Translations under genes and position numbers: made by a program
Notes under the pieces: generated by a model
The model's database searches: none
Told to the model about the DNA's origin: nothing
What the model saw: the letters and a program-made list of their open reading frames with translations, nothing else
Source of the DNA: a virus
Taxonomy: Duplodnaviria; Caudoviricetes
IMG/VR virus record: IMGVR_UViG_3300022923_000104
Location: 1-24,020 of that record
Direction: 5' to 3' (one strand)
Length of the DNA: 24,020 nt
Shown here: positions 8,073 through 16,864 of the stretch, piece after piece
Layout of the letters: each line of letters opens with the position of its first letter
Numbering within the stretch: position 1 is the stretch's first letter

Positions 8073-11000
8073 TAGTCTGCACATCCTGAACAAGAGATGT
8101 AAATTGGTCTATATTCGCCATTTATATATGTAGCAACAACGAAATCTCCACCACTGATGGCTAGAGATGGGTCTCTGTTTATAAGGGGGACATTGTAATC
8201 ATACTGAAGATTATTATCTCTAACCAATAGCCAACCAGAGCTACCAGTCATATAGGTTACTGGATTAGGGATATTGTATTGGGCTTGACCGTGAGTACCG
8301 GCTAACCCACTAGCAAACCCCTCTAACATTGGAGGAGGCGAGTAGCCATAGCCAGTATTAACTCTAGCGTAAGCTCCGCCAAACACCAAAGATCCTGAAT
8401 GAAAAGATTCTCTCGCAGTTAATAAAGAATCGTCATTATAATGATGATTTAATGATAAGTAACCGCCTGAATTTATAATAGTATTTGGTTGGAATGTAGA
8501 GTCACCACTATCTGCAACTAATTGTCCAGACTTTTTAGGCAGGTCGCTTGTAGAAAATGTATAATTGTCATGAGTTAGAATAACTTTGTCAAAACTTGCA
8601 AAGCCGTCTGTTTGTATTTTATTATCTGCTAAAGTTAAGCCAGAACCAAGTCTAGGTTGTATTACTTCATCTACTATAGTTAAGCCAGAACCAAGTTTAG
8701 ATTGTACTGTAAACTTATTATCTGTACTGTTATATCCTACATCAATACCACTGACTCCGCTAATGTATACAGTGTCATTAGGCGCTACGGTATCAGCAGC
8801 GGTCAATCCATCTGAAACACCAAACGAAAATTGAGTAAAACTTGGGAAAGTTATGGAAACAGAACCGTCAAAGTTATCACTAACGCTACCATTAGGGAAT
8901 ATTATCTCGCCAACAGAAGAAGTAGACGGGTTTCCATCTAACTCACTAACTGTTAACCGAATTGATTCCACCCAGCCGCTTATAGCGTTCCCGCTGGCAT
9001 CTATCCTATTTGACAGGTCGTTGAACGTTGGTTGCGCCCAGCCACTTATCGCGTTCCCGCTGGCGTCTATCCTGTAGAATAGGTCATCAAACGTTGGTTG
9101 CGCCCAGCCACTTATAGCGTTACCGCTGGCGTCTATTCTGTGGAATAGGTCGTCAAACGTTGGTTGCACCCAACCACTTATAGCGTTACCGCTGGCGTCT
9201 ATTCTGTGGAGTAAGTCATCAAACGTTGGTTGCGCCCAGCCACTTATCGCGTTCCCGCTGGCATCTATCCTATTTGACAGGTCGTTGAACGTTGGTTGCG
9301 CCCAGCCACTTATCGCGTTCCCGCTGGCATCAATTAAACTATGAAGAACACCGCTAAGTCCATCTGCGGTCACAACGAGATTGTTATTATCTAAGTTTAC
9401 CTCAACACCCTTATCGCCGCTAACAAATATATCGTCACCATTGCCCACGTTAAGAAGTGGCGACTTACCGTCCGACACATCAAAGCTATAAGACGATGAG
9501 CCGGTAGAATTGGTTACTGTAACTTCTCCGTTTCCATTGTCCGTGACGGTACCATTAGAAAAGTTTATAATCTGAACGTTTGATATAGATGGAGATCCGT
9601 CAGATTCTTTGACTGTTAATGATGAAGATCCAGTACCAAAGGTTGCAGCAGCCCAACCACTGATCGCAGAGCCACTACCATCAATATACGATTTAAGCCA
9701 AGTGCCACTGGCGTCTATCCTGTAGAATAGGTCATCAAACGTTGGTTGCGCCCAGCCGCTTATAGCGTTCCCGCTGGCATCTATCCTATTTGACAGGTCG
9801 TTGAACGTTGGTTGCGCCCAGCCGCTTATAGCGTTACCACTGGCGTCAATTAAACCATGAAGGATGCCGCTAAGTCCATCTGCGGTTACAACAAAATTGT
9901 TACTATTACGATTAACTTCAACGCCTTTATCACCACTAACAAAAATCGAATCGCCGTTATTTATTGTTAATGCTGTCGATAAACCATCAGAAATATCAAA
10001 AGAAAGCGTACTAGAAGAGAGTCCGTTTATAGTTTCTGCAAGGGTGTTGATACCACTAAGAATACCACTGCCCGATCTAAGGTGCCATAAATCTCCATCT
10101 CCACTGCAACTTATGCCCCAGAAAACATCGTCATTGCAGACCCAAGTCTGTATGAATCCAGACGGTGTTTCTTCATGAGCTTGAATATTACTATCTTTTC
10201 TAACAGACAGAGGCGCCTCTGGAGAAAGTACTGCGTCTCCAATGGATATTTTTTGATCACTAGTGTCGCCAGCTATAACGTTCTGTATATTTAATTTATT
10301 ACTTACATCTCTACCGTAAAGTTTACTTTCCCAGTAGTCAAGACCTGTAATGATTTCAATATTATTTTCACCAAACTCTTCTTGGTTATCTTGTTTACCG
10401 CGTAGCGCGTTGTTGCCAAGACCAAGAGAATTTGAATAACTGTTAAATGCTCCGGCATTTTGCCCAATAAATACAGAGTCAGACGCACCACTTGACCAGT
10501 AACCGGCGTTGTTACCTATAAACAATCCGTTTTCTAGGTTGTCAGCATTATAGCCCGCTCTGTAGCCTAAAAATATAGATGCCGTATCAACTGAGAGATT
10601 TGGATTTGGCGTTCTAGCGTAAGCCCCTGCCTGAGTACCAATCATCACTGTGTTTAGCCAACCGGTAGCATATAAACCAACATCGCAGCCAATAAAAACA
10701 CTTCCTGAGTTTAATTGCTCTTGAATCAATGGTGTATTATTTGCAATCATAATATTGCAATTTTCTACAACCATAGACGGCGTAGGAATACCTGAAGATA
10801 TGTAATCACCCAGTGTATCTATAGATATTTTGGATACGATGTTTTCAACACCACTCTCTATTTCTATTGGTAAATATGAGTTATGCCTATCAAGCAGTCC
10901 CGTTTCAATAACATCAAATAAATCTGTAAAATCTAAATGAAGGCTACCAGAACCCTGACTTTCATTGTATTCATATCTAATGCCAGTACCGCCTTCGCTG

Positions 11001-14000
11001 ACTATACCACTAGAAGATTCTAGAGAATAACCGTCAGCAAATCTGATAGCACCTCTTAGTAGTAAATCTCCGTCCAACTTAGCGTAAGGACGAGCTGTCG
11101 CGGGGAGATCATAATCTGGAGAATTAGTCATGGGGTCAGCTTGATGATCTAAATGTAATAGCAATCTAGAATCACCATCGCCGTCTATGAAATTAAACGC
11201 TATAAAGCTATCAACTCTATCATTATTTGAATTATCAATTAAATTGATATCAGCTATTGATCTACCGCCGCTAGTACTATGGTTAATTTCTAATACATCA
11301 TTGTCAAAATCATCATGAGATATTTTTAAATAGCTATCTTTAATGTAAACAAAACCGTTGTCAACTTGGAATTCATTAGCATTGATATAAACCCGTTTGT
11401 CACTCCCAATTAAACCAGATATTGTTGGTGTTCCAACACCAACCTGTAGTAGATAATCTCCGGTCTGAGTTACAAGACTTGTCCCTATGGATATATTGTG
11501 ATTGAAATTACCGGATACATTATTATTATATCCTATAATAGTATTGTAACTACCCTCTACGTTTCTAAATGTACCATAGCCTAAATATGTATTTCTACTA
11601 CCGTATCTGTTTTCATTACCGGCGTAATAGCCAAGAGTTGTATTGTAGTCACCGGTCTCTATGTCATTCAATGACTCATAACCAAATGCAGTGTTGTAGT
11701 AGGCGGTTTGGGTTATTGGTCTTGCATTAGGTGTAATTCCACCAAACGTATTCCCCTTCTCGTCTGAGTAAATAAGACCGTCTTGAGGATCATCTTGACT
11801 CAGGAACATATTATGAACATTACCGCCATCGTCCATAAAGTAAAGGCTTTGCGTCTGACCGCCGAGAACATTCTCTTTTACATATATCTTACCGAAATTT
11901 GAAGATACCGATGGGTCTGAGGGCTGCTGCTTTAATGCTATTGTTCCACTGTTAATATTAGTGCTGGCAATAACTAATGGGTCGTGAATAGAGTGAGCCT
12001 CCACTCCAACAGAAATATTGTCTCTTACTTCTAAGTCGCCAGCAAGAATTTCCAAGTCACCATTAACAATTTCAACACTATTGTTAGAGTGGTGTATTTT
12101 AATAGTCTCTGTGTATTGATCTAAAGTATTATAAGTTCTAAAATATGAGCTATTGTCTGAAGGGTTGAAGGCTATCTCTAGACCAGAAGCAGGAGAATTA
12201 CCATTAGATAGGATTTGTATGGTAGATTCATTTTCGCCAACCGAAGAGATTCTTAGATCAGCACCGCTCTGAGCGTGAATGTTCAAGATAGTTTCTGGCA
12301 AGAATCCATCTGAACCATCTGCGTAGCTTACGTTTGTGATACCTACTACGCCGCTACCCCGTTCTCCACTAGCCCTCATTACAACCAGAGATTCTAGATT
12401 TGGATTTATATTTCCAGAATCATAAACATGTAAAGAAAATCTATCTTTAGATTGATTGGTATAACCTAGTTCGTCTTTATGGTCATGGTATATAAGTCCA
12501 AATCCATGAGGTTCTTCCGAAACTCTAGAGCTATATTTTGTACCTACATCTATTCCAGACTGATTAGAGGCAAATGATACAATGTAATTGTCGTTAACTC
12601 CAGAGTCTCCAAGAAAACTTACGTCAACACCCGATAAATAAGCCAAATTAGCATCTAAATCTCTCTCGTAGCCGACATGAACCTTATCTGGAGAGTTTGT
12701 CGTAAGAAATATACCATGACAGCCACTCTGTTTTACTAGAGATAGTTTACCATCTCCAAGTATTCTATCTGTAGCAACATGTCTACCCGGAAGGGTTCTT
12801 ATGCTTACATTCGACTCCCAGTGAGACCTAGAGTAGACAGAATCTTCCTCTAAGCAGTCTATATCAATTTCTGCGGATCTAAATATCCAACTATAATCTC
12901 TAATGTAGCTAGCGCCACTTGAATGAGCTATAAAGCCAGCTCCGTCAATACCGGCGTCATTTAAATAGCCGCAAACCTTACTTGCTTGCGACCAGTCGCC
13001 ATCTGAACATAAGCCGCTTGAGCCAAGGTGTAGTGTTGTACATTCATATATACATTCTGTTAATGTATTATATTCTATATCATTTATAACAGCTCTACCA
13101 CTAACCAGAATGTCATTGAAATACCCGTCCCATAGAAGATCTGTAGCCCCTAGACTGTATATGTTGTTGTTTTTTGGTACGATATTTCCATCTACAGTCA
13201 TAAGTCCGCTATCGCCAGACGGACTATTTGTTCCTATTCCAATCTTCCCACCAGAAAAGTAAACTGTTTCATTTATAGAATTCCAATTTCTATTTGAATT
13301 ACCTATATTAAATTGATAGTCAACAGATGGTGTTATGTCTCCAGATGTTTGCAAAACACCGTAAGAATCTAGATGTTTAACACCAATGCCAACCCTCAAG
13401 TTGTCCATCTCTCCGTAGATAAGTGGATTGGGACCATCGTCGTATTGCGTTTGACAACCAGAAGTCGCGTTGGGGTGAGCGCCTATGAATAGCTTATAAT
13501 CATCATTTTCAGCAATGTAAAACCCAGCCCCGTAACCAAGAGCTACGTTAAAGTTTCCGTGTTTATTATCAGAAAGCGCATATGAGCCAATTGCAACATT
13601 GCTCTCACCTTGTATATTTGAAGAGAGTGTGGCTGTGCCGATTCCAATATTCCAGTTTCCATAAAGATTACATTCTAATGTATTGAAACCGATAGCAATA
13701 TTATTTCCACCGTCATAGTTCTCTTTTAAGAGATCGTAGCCTATGGCGATATTATTAACGGAATTCCTGCCAGTGAAAAATAGCTTGTCAAAATTATCCT
13801 GACCTATAACAATAGTTCTGGAGTTTTCTGGATTAAGACCGGGATTTTCTTCTCTAAAGTTATTAGAGTATAGGTTTACTCCAGATAGTAAAGAGTTAAC
13901 AGAATCTCCTAGATCTATGAACATAGTTCTTAGATCGGACGGAGAGATAGCCTGAGTATTCTGATCTGGAAATAAAGAATTAACCTGATCTAAATACTCT

Positions 14001-14020
14001 GTTTTAGATAAAATTGACAT
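8072..14020 (-). CDS. Very large mosaic tail-fibre/adhesin-like virion protein (1982 aa)
   Basis: N-terminal FPDQNTQAISPSDLR motif. Three blocks of ~14-aa NIAIGxxxL / SVFIGxxAG repeats resembling trimeric adhesin head repeats (~13500-13820, ~11470-11700, ~10400-10700). GKIGIGTNSP fibre motif, 22-aa coiled-coil repeats, and GGTAG upstream of the ATG. Confidence 0.75.
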   Translation of the reverse strand: MSILSKTEYLDQVNSLFPDQNTQAISPSDLRTMFIDLGDSVNSLLSGVNLYSNNFREENPGLNPENSRTIVIGQDNFDKLFFTGRNSVNNIAIGYDLLKENYDGGNNIAIGFNTLECNLYGNWNIGIGTATLSSNIQGESNVAIGSYALSDNKHGNFNVALGYGAGFYIAENDDYKLFIGAHPNATSGCQTQYDDGPNPLIYGEMDNLRVGIGVKHLDSYGVLQTSGDITPSVDYQFNIGNSNRNWNSINETVYFSGGKIGIGTNSPSGDSGLMTVDGNIVPKNNNIYSLGATDLLWDGYFNDILVSGRAVINDIEYNTLTECIYECTTLHLGSSGLCSDGDWSQASKVCGYLNDAGIDGAGFIAHSSGASYIRDYSWIFRSAEIDIDCLEEDSVYSRSHWESNVSIRTLPGRHVATDRILGDGKLSLVKQSGCHGIFLTTNSPDKVHVGYERDLDANLAYLSGVDVSFLGDSGVNDNYIVSFASNQSGIDVGTKYSSRVSEEPHGFGLIYHDHKDELGYTNQSKDRFSLHVYDSGNINPNLESLVVMRASGERGSGVVGITNVSYADGSDGFLPETILNIHAQSGADLRISSVGENESTIQILSNGNSPASGLEIAFNPSDNSSYFRTYNTLDQYTETIKIHHSNNSVEIVNGDLEILAGDLEVRDNISVGVEAHSIHDPLVIASTNINSGTIALKQQPSDPSVSSNFGKIYVKENVLGGQTQSLYFMDDGGNVHNMFLSQDDPQDGLIYSDEKGNTFGGITPNARPITQTAYYNTAFGYESLNDIETGDYNTTLGYYAGNENRYGSRNTYLGYGTFRNVEGSYNTIIGYNNNVSGNFNHNISIGTSLVTQTGDYLLQVGVGTPTISGLIGSDKRVYINANEFQVDNGFVYIKDSYLKISHDDFDNDVLEINHSTSGGRSIADINLIDNSNNDRVDSFIAFNFIDGDGDSRLLLHLDHQADPMTNSPDYDLPATARPYAKLDGDLLLRGAIRFADGYSLESSSGIVSEGGTGIRYEYNESQGSGSLHLDFTDLFDVIETGLLDRHNSYLPIEIESGVENIVSKISIDTLGDYISSGIPTPSMVVENCNIMIANNTPLIQEQLNSGSVFIGCDVGLYATGWLNTVMIGTQAGAYARTPNPNLSVDTASIFLGYRAGYNADNLENGLFIGNNAGYWSSGASDSVFIGQNAGAFNSYSNSLGLGNNALRGKQDNQEEFGENNIEIITGLDYWESKLYGRDVSNKLNIQNVIAGDTSDQKISIGDAVLSPEAPLSVRKDSNIQAHEETPSGFIQTWVCNDDVFWGISCSGDGDLWHLRSGSGILSGINTLAETINGLSSSTLSFDISDGLSTALTINNGDSIFVSGDKGVEVNRNSNNFVVTADGLSGILHGLIDASGNAISGWAQPTFNDLSNRIDASGNAISGWAQPTFDDLFYRIDASGTWLKSYIDGSGSAISGWAAATFGTGSSSLTVKESDGSPSISNVQIINFSNGTVTDNGNGEVTVTNSTGSSSYSFDVSDGKSPLLNVGNGDDIFVSGDKGVEVNLDNNNLVVTADGLSGVLHSLIDASGNAISGWAQPTFNDLSNRIDASGNAISGWAQPTFDDLLHRIDASGNAISGWVQPTFDDLFHRIDASGNAISGWAQPTFDDLFYRIDASGNAISGWAQPTFNDLSNRIDASGNAISGWVESIRLTVSELDGNPSTSSVGEIIFPNGSVSDNFDGSVSITFPSFTQFSFGVSDGLTAADTVAPNDTVYISGVSGIDVGYNSTDNKFTVQSKLGSGLTIVDEVIQPRLGSGLTLADNKIQTDGFASFDKVILTHDNYTFSTSDLPKKSGQLVADSGDSTFQPNTIINSGGYLSLNHHYNDDSLLTARESFHSGSLVFGGAYARVNTGYGYSPPPMLEGFASGLAGTHGQAQYNIPNPVTYMTGSSGWLLVRDNNLQYDYNVPLINRDPSLAISGGDFVVATYINGEYRPIYISCSGCAD
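8970..9335 (-). repeat. 66-bp (22-aa) tandem repeat IDASGNAISGWAQPTFxDLxxR, ~5.5 copies
   Basis: Near-identical DNA units (aacgttggttgcgcccagcc(a/g)cttat(a/c)gcgtt(c/a)ccgctggc(a/g)tc) at 66-bp spacing. Confidence 0.92.
9655..9852 (-). repeat. Second block of the same 66-bp repeat (2 copies plus a degenerate third)
   Basis: Same unit as 8970-9335. Both blocks are preceded by the duplicated domain SFDxSDG...IFVSGDKGVEVN...VVTADGLSG. Confidence 0.88.
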
Positions 14021-14028
14021 TTAACTAC

Positions 14029-14523
14029 CTATTTAAAACTTATTTGTAGTGCTTCTGGATCAAACTTTAAATTATCCCCCATGTATACTATCCTTGGGTT
14101 GTTAAGAGCTGCTACCATTAGTAAATTTCCAGATCCGTAGTCGGGATGATCAGTTATGGCTATACCAGAAACCCACCCCCAGTCTTGAAGAGCTGTATCA
14201 AATGTTAAAGATCCAGAATTCCATATAACGCTGTTAACGCCACTTTCTCCAGCGTCCAGTGTCGAGACGTTAAAATTCCAAGAACTGTCTCCGAACGAGC
14301 TGGGATCACCGATATTGATTCTTCTGTAGCCAGTATCGACACCATTTACGCCGCTTGGTAGCTCTTGAAGCCATCCTCCGGTCTCGAAGTTTTTTGCATT
14401 TCCAGATTCTACCGGAACGCCACTACACAAGGCAATAGATAGGCCCGTGGGTTTTGGGAATGAACTGCCCCTAAATACGTGGTGCAGTAATCCAGATTCT
14501 AAATAATCAGACAAGGCTGCCAT
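14029..14523 (-). CDS. Conserved phage virion protein (164 aa), putative fibre/appendage-associated
   Basis: MAALSDYLESGLLHHVFRG...IALC...GYRR...F..A..DWGWVSGIAI.D....GNLL....L......GD...F....L matches a small structural family often found ahead of phage fibre genes. AGGAG SD; first gene after the capsid terminator. Confidence 0.65.
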   Translation of the reverse strand: MAALSDYLESGLLHHVFRGSSFPKPTGLSIALCSGVPVESGNAKNFETGGWLQELPSGVNGVDTGYRRINIGDPSSFGDSSWNFNVSTLDAGESGVNSVIWNSGSLTFDTALQDWGWVSGIAITDHPDYGSGNLLMVAALNNPRIVYMGDNLKFDPEALQISFK

Positions 14524-14564
14524 TTTAAACTCCTAAAAAAATAATCCTATAGATATCTACAGAG

Positions 14565-14575
14565 TATTATACACA
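14565..14575 (-). promoter_or_regulatory. Putative phage late promoter motif TGTGTATAATA
   Basis: Lies between the capsid terminator and the 164-aa gene; the same motif recurs at 17661-17671 and 19779-19789. Confidence 0.65.
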
Positions 14576-14591
14576 TTTCTAAAGCATATAT

Positions 14592-14627
14592 AAAAAAAGG
14601 AAAGGCAACCAAAAGATTGCCTTCCCT
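14592..14627 (-). terminator. Rho-independent terminator after the major capsid gene
   Basis: - strand reads AGGGAAGGCAATC-TTTT-GGTTGCCTTTCCT followed by a T tract: a 13-bp stem with two G:U pairs. Confidence 0.88.
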
Positions 14628-14653
14628 ATGTATTTATCTATTTAGTATAATTA

Positions 14654-15661
14654 CTAGAACGAGCCTAAGATAACTCTACGGTTATCTAGAACGCCGAATC
14701 CTAGCTCGGCCCAACCGTACCAGCCAACTCTTTGTTGACGGTGTAGGGTAGGATCTTCGTGGATACTTACGGCTTGTTTCATTGGCATAACGAAGCTGTC
14801 GTTAGCACCCTGATCAAGACCAACTACCAACTCAAGGTCACTACCTTGAACTGCACCACCAAGACCGCTACTGAAGAATTCTTGGTACTCTTGACCTTCT
14901 CCGAGTTCATCTAGATCGTGAAGGCTTACACCAAAGATATTGGTGATAGGAGCGCCATCTCCACCTGCGTTGTAAATTTGGGTTCTGACGGCATCAGACA
15001 CCTGATCAAATCCCCAGTTACGAACATCTTCGAGAGCTTCTGGAGAAACGTAAAGGTCGGTCAAACGGCCACGATCACCACTTCCGGTGTTACCACCAGC
15101 ATTACGGCGCATAACAGTCTGCATCAAGCTAACAAGTCTCTTCGAGAACATACCAGCAGTTGCATCACCGTCATAAACCAAGATGTTACGATCAACACCA
15201 GCTGCGAGAAGGGTGTGCCATCCGTCGTCATTCATTTTCTTGACGAAGCCAGCTTCCAAAACTTGCATAGCGCGAGCGGTAATGTCCCAACGAGCTTCGC
15301 GAGCATAGCGAAGCAAGAAATCAATCGAGCTAGCGATTGAGTAGGTTGGAATCATGACGTAATCGCTCTCGACCGCACGCTCAGGAATACGTCCGTGTCC
15401 CGGATTGGTGTAAGCAACATGCTCACCCTCAAGTCCCGGAGCTAGAAGATCCAGTGGGTACTCGGTGCTTCCACCGGGTTCTACGTTGATTGTCTCAAAA
15501 ATATTACCGAGAATATTTCCAAGAAGAACGCCTTTACGGAGAGGTAGTTCAAGAGCTTGAGCAAATTCTCTCTGAGCTGCAAGAGCAACGTCCATATTAG
15601 CATCGCCACATTTGCGAAGCATTGAAATAAATTCTTCGCTAGGTCTTTCTGTATATGACAT
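14654..15661 (-). CDS. Major capsid protein (HK97-type fold inferred)
   Basis: 335 aa; follows portal, protease and decoration genes. Strong SD (ATAGGAGA), followed by a terminator. C-terminal HEDPTLHRQQRVGWYGWAELGFGVLD pattern resembles capsid P-domain ends. Confidence 0.85.
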   Translation of the reverse strand: MSYTERPSEEFISMLRKCGDANMDVALAAQREFAQALELPLRKGVLLGNILGNIFETINVEPGGSTEYPLDLLAPGLEGEHVAYTNPGHGRIPERAVESDYVMIPTYSIASSIDFLLRYAREARWDITARAMQVLEAGFVKKMNDDGWHTLLAAGVDRNILVYDGDATAGMFSKRLVSLMQTVMRRNAGGNTGSGDRGRLTDLYVSPEALEDVRNWGFDQVSDAVRTQIYNAGGDGAPITNIFGVSLHDLDELGEGQEYQEFFSSGLGGAVQGSDLELVVGLDQGANDSFVMPMKQAVSIHEDPTLHRQQRVGWYGWAELGFGVLDNRRVILGSF

Positions 15662-15685
15662 TATATTTATCTCCTATTTATTTAT

Positions 15686-16156
15686 TTAGGCAAGTGGAAG
15701 GTTAACGTAGACTTTGGCGTAGCCATCTGAGTCTTGCTGACTCATGAAACGACCGACCGCCTGTCCAGCTGTCGAAACATTGGTAAGATTACCAGCATTA
15801 GAAGCTGATGCGTAAGCGACTTCGCCGGGTACGATGGTAACAGCGTCAATGCTATTAGTAACAATCCAACCACGGGTCATGACAGTTACCTTGCCACCTT
15901 GCTGAATTTCATCTTTGTATTGGTTAAGATGAGTTCTAGTTAGGTCTTTGTTTACAACGTCATTTAGCAAAATACCAACTGGTACAGTGCCTGTCGTCGC
16001 AGCTGCATATTGAACAAGATTAGCACCCTGATCCATAGCTGCACCTGAAGCGTTAGCTGCGTCGATCAGAACAACGCCACCACGGGTTGCGGTACCAGCA
16101 TTATAAAAAAAGCTGATATCTGTTGATTCTTCATATCTATCTGCTTTAAGAGCCAT
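15686..16156 (-). CDS. Head decoration/cement-like protein
   Basis: 156 aa, Ala/Gly/Thr-rich, between scaffold and capsid genes. PVGILLNDV...GGKVTV...G.I.T...G...Y....G.LT...VGRF pattern. SD ATAGGAGA. Confidence 0.7.
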   Translation of the reverse strand: MALKADRYEESTDISFFYNAGTATRGGVVLIDAANASGAAMDQGANLVQYAAATTGTVPVGILLNDVVNKDLTRTHLNQYKDEIQQGGKVTVMTRGWIVTNSIDAVTIVPGEVAYASASNAGNLTNVSTAGQAVGRFMSQQDSDGYAKVYVNLPLA

Positions 16157-16177
16157 AGTTTTATTCTCCTATTAAAA

Positions 16178-16864
16178 TTACTTAGTTGAAAGTACGTTCT
16201 TAGAAAGCCAGTCAGAAATACTAGCTCTAGTGGATTCTATCTCATCTTCTCCGGGAACAGTTTCAATAAGAGTTGCCTCGGAAGTTTCTAGGTCTTCAAG
16301 AAGTTCTGGGGTAGCTTCAGCTTCAGCTTGCTCGTCGTCAGCTTTAGCTTCCTTTTCCTTCTTCTTTTTTTCGATTGCTTCCTTCATTTCAGGAGGCATA
16401 CCAGCTTCTGCTTCTTTGTCTTTTTTGACTTTCTCTTTCTTGCCATACATAGCGACAACAGAATCAAACGCTTCGTCAGCAAGCCCGTCAAATGCAGCTA
16501 GTGCATCTTCTACGTCTTCTGCTTCAAATCCAGCTTCTACAAGAGCAGCTTTACGCTTCTCCATCTTTTCTTTCTTCTTCATCTCTTCTACATGCTCCTT
16601 AGCAGATGCCAAGTCTTGTTGAGATTTAGCAAGAGCATCTTCCAATTCTGCAACACGAGCTTGAGTACTCTTGATGCTTTCTTCTAGTTCAGCAATGCTG
16701 CTATCTTTAGCTTCAATGTCAGCTTCAAAAGCCTCGACTTTGGAAGCAAACTCTTTATCTTTTGCTTCTTCAATTTTAGCTTTAATCGCATCGTTTTCCG
16801 CTTTAGCAGTAACAAGTTCAGCGCGAACTTCTTCTAGCTGCTTTTCTAGCAAGTTATCAGACAT
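16178..16864 (-). CDS. Probable nested, in-frame scaffolding protein (228 aa, starts at Met261 MSDNLLEKQLEE)
   Basis: The internal ATG at 16864 is preceded by ATAGGAGAATTTAAT, the same SD as the decoration and capsid genes, exactly at the protease/coiled-coil boundary. Confidence 0.7.
   Translation of the reverse strand: MSDNLLEKQLEEVRAELVTAKAENDAIKAKIEEAKDKEFASKVEAFEADIEAKDSSIAELEESIKSTQARVAELEDALAKSQQDLASAKEHVEEMKKKEKMEKRKAALVEAGFEAEDVEDALAAFDGLADEAFDSVVAMYGKKEKVKKDKEAEAGMPPEMKEAIEKKKKEKEAKADDEQAEAEATPELLEDLETSEATLIETVPGEDEIESTRASISDWLSKNVLSTK

Noticed and set aside
6563-8093. ORF-track starts at 8093 (TTG) and 6625
   Set aside because: Both extend into the upstream gene; the ATGs at 8072 (TAATG coupling) and 6562 (SD present) are better supported.
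8970-9852. 66-bp periodic repeats as a CRISPR array
   Set aside because: The units are in-frame coding repeats, the would-be spacers are homologous to one another, and no cas genes are present.
14524-14653. tRNA or structured ncRNA in the largest intergenic gap
   Set aside because: The 130 nt are accounted for by terminator, promoter motif and SD; no cloverleaf is visible.
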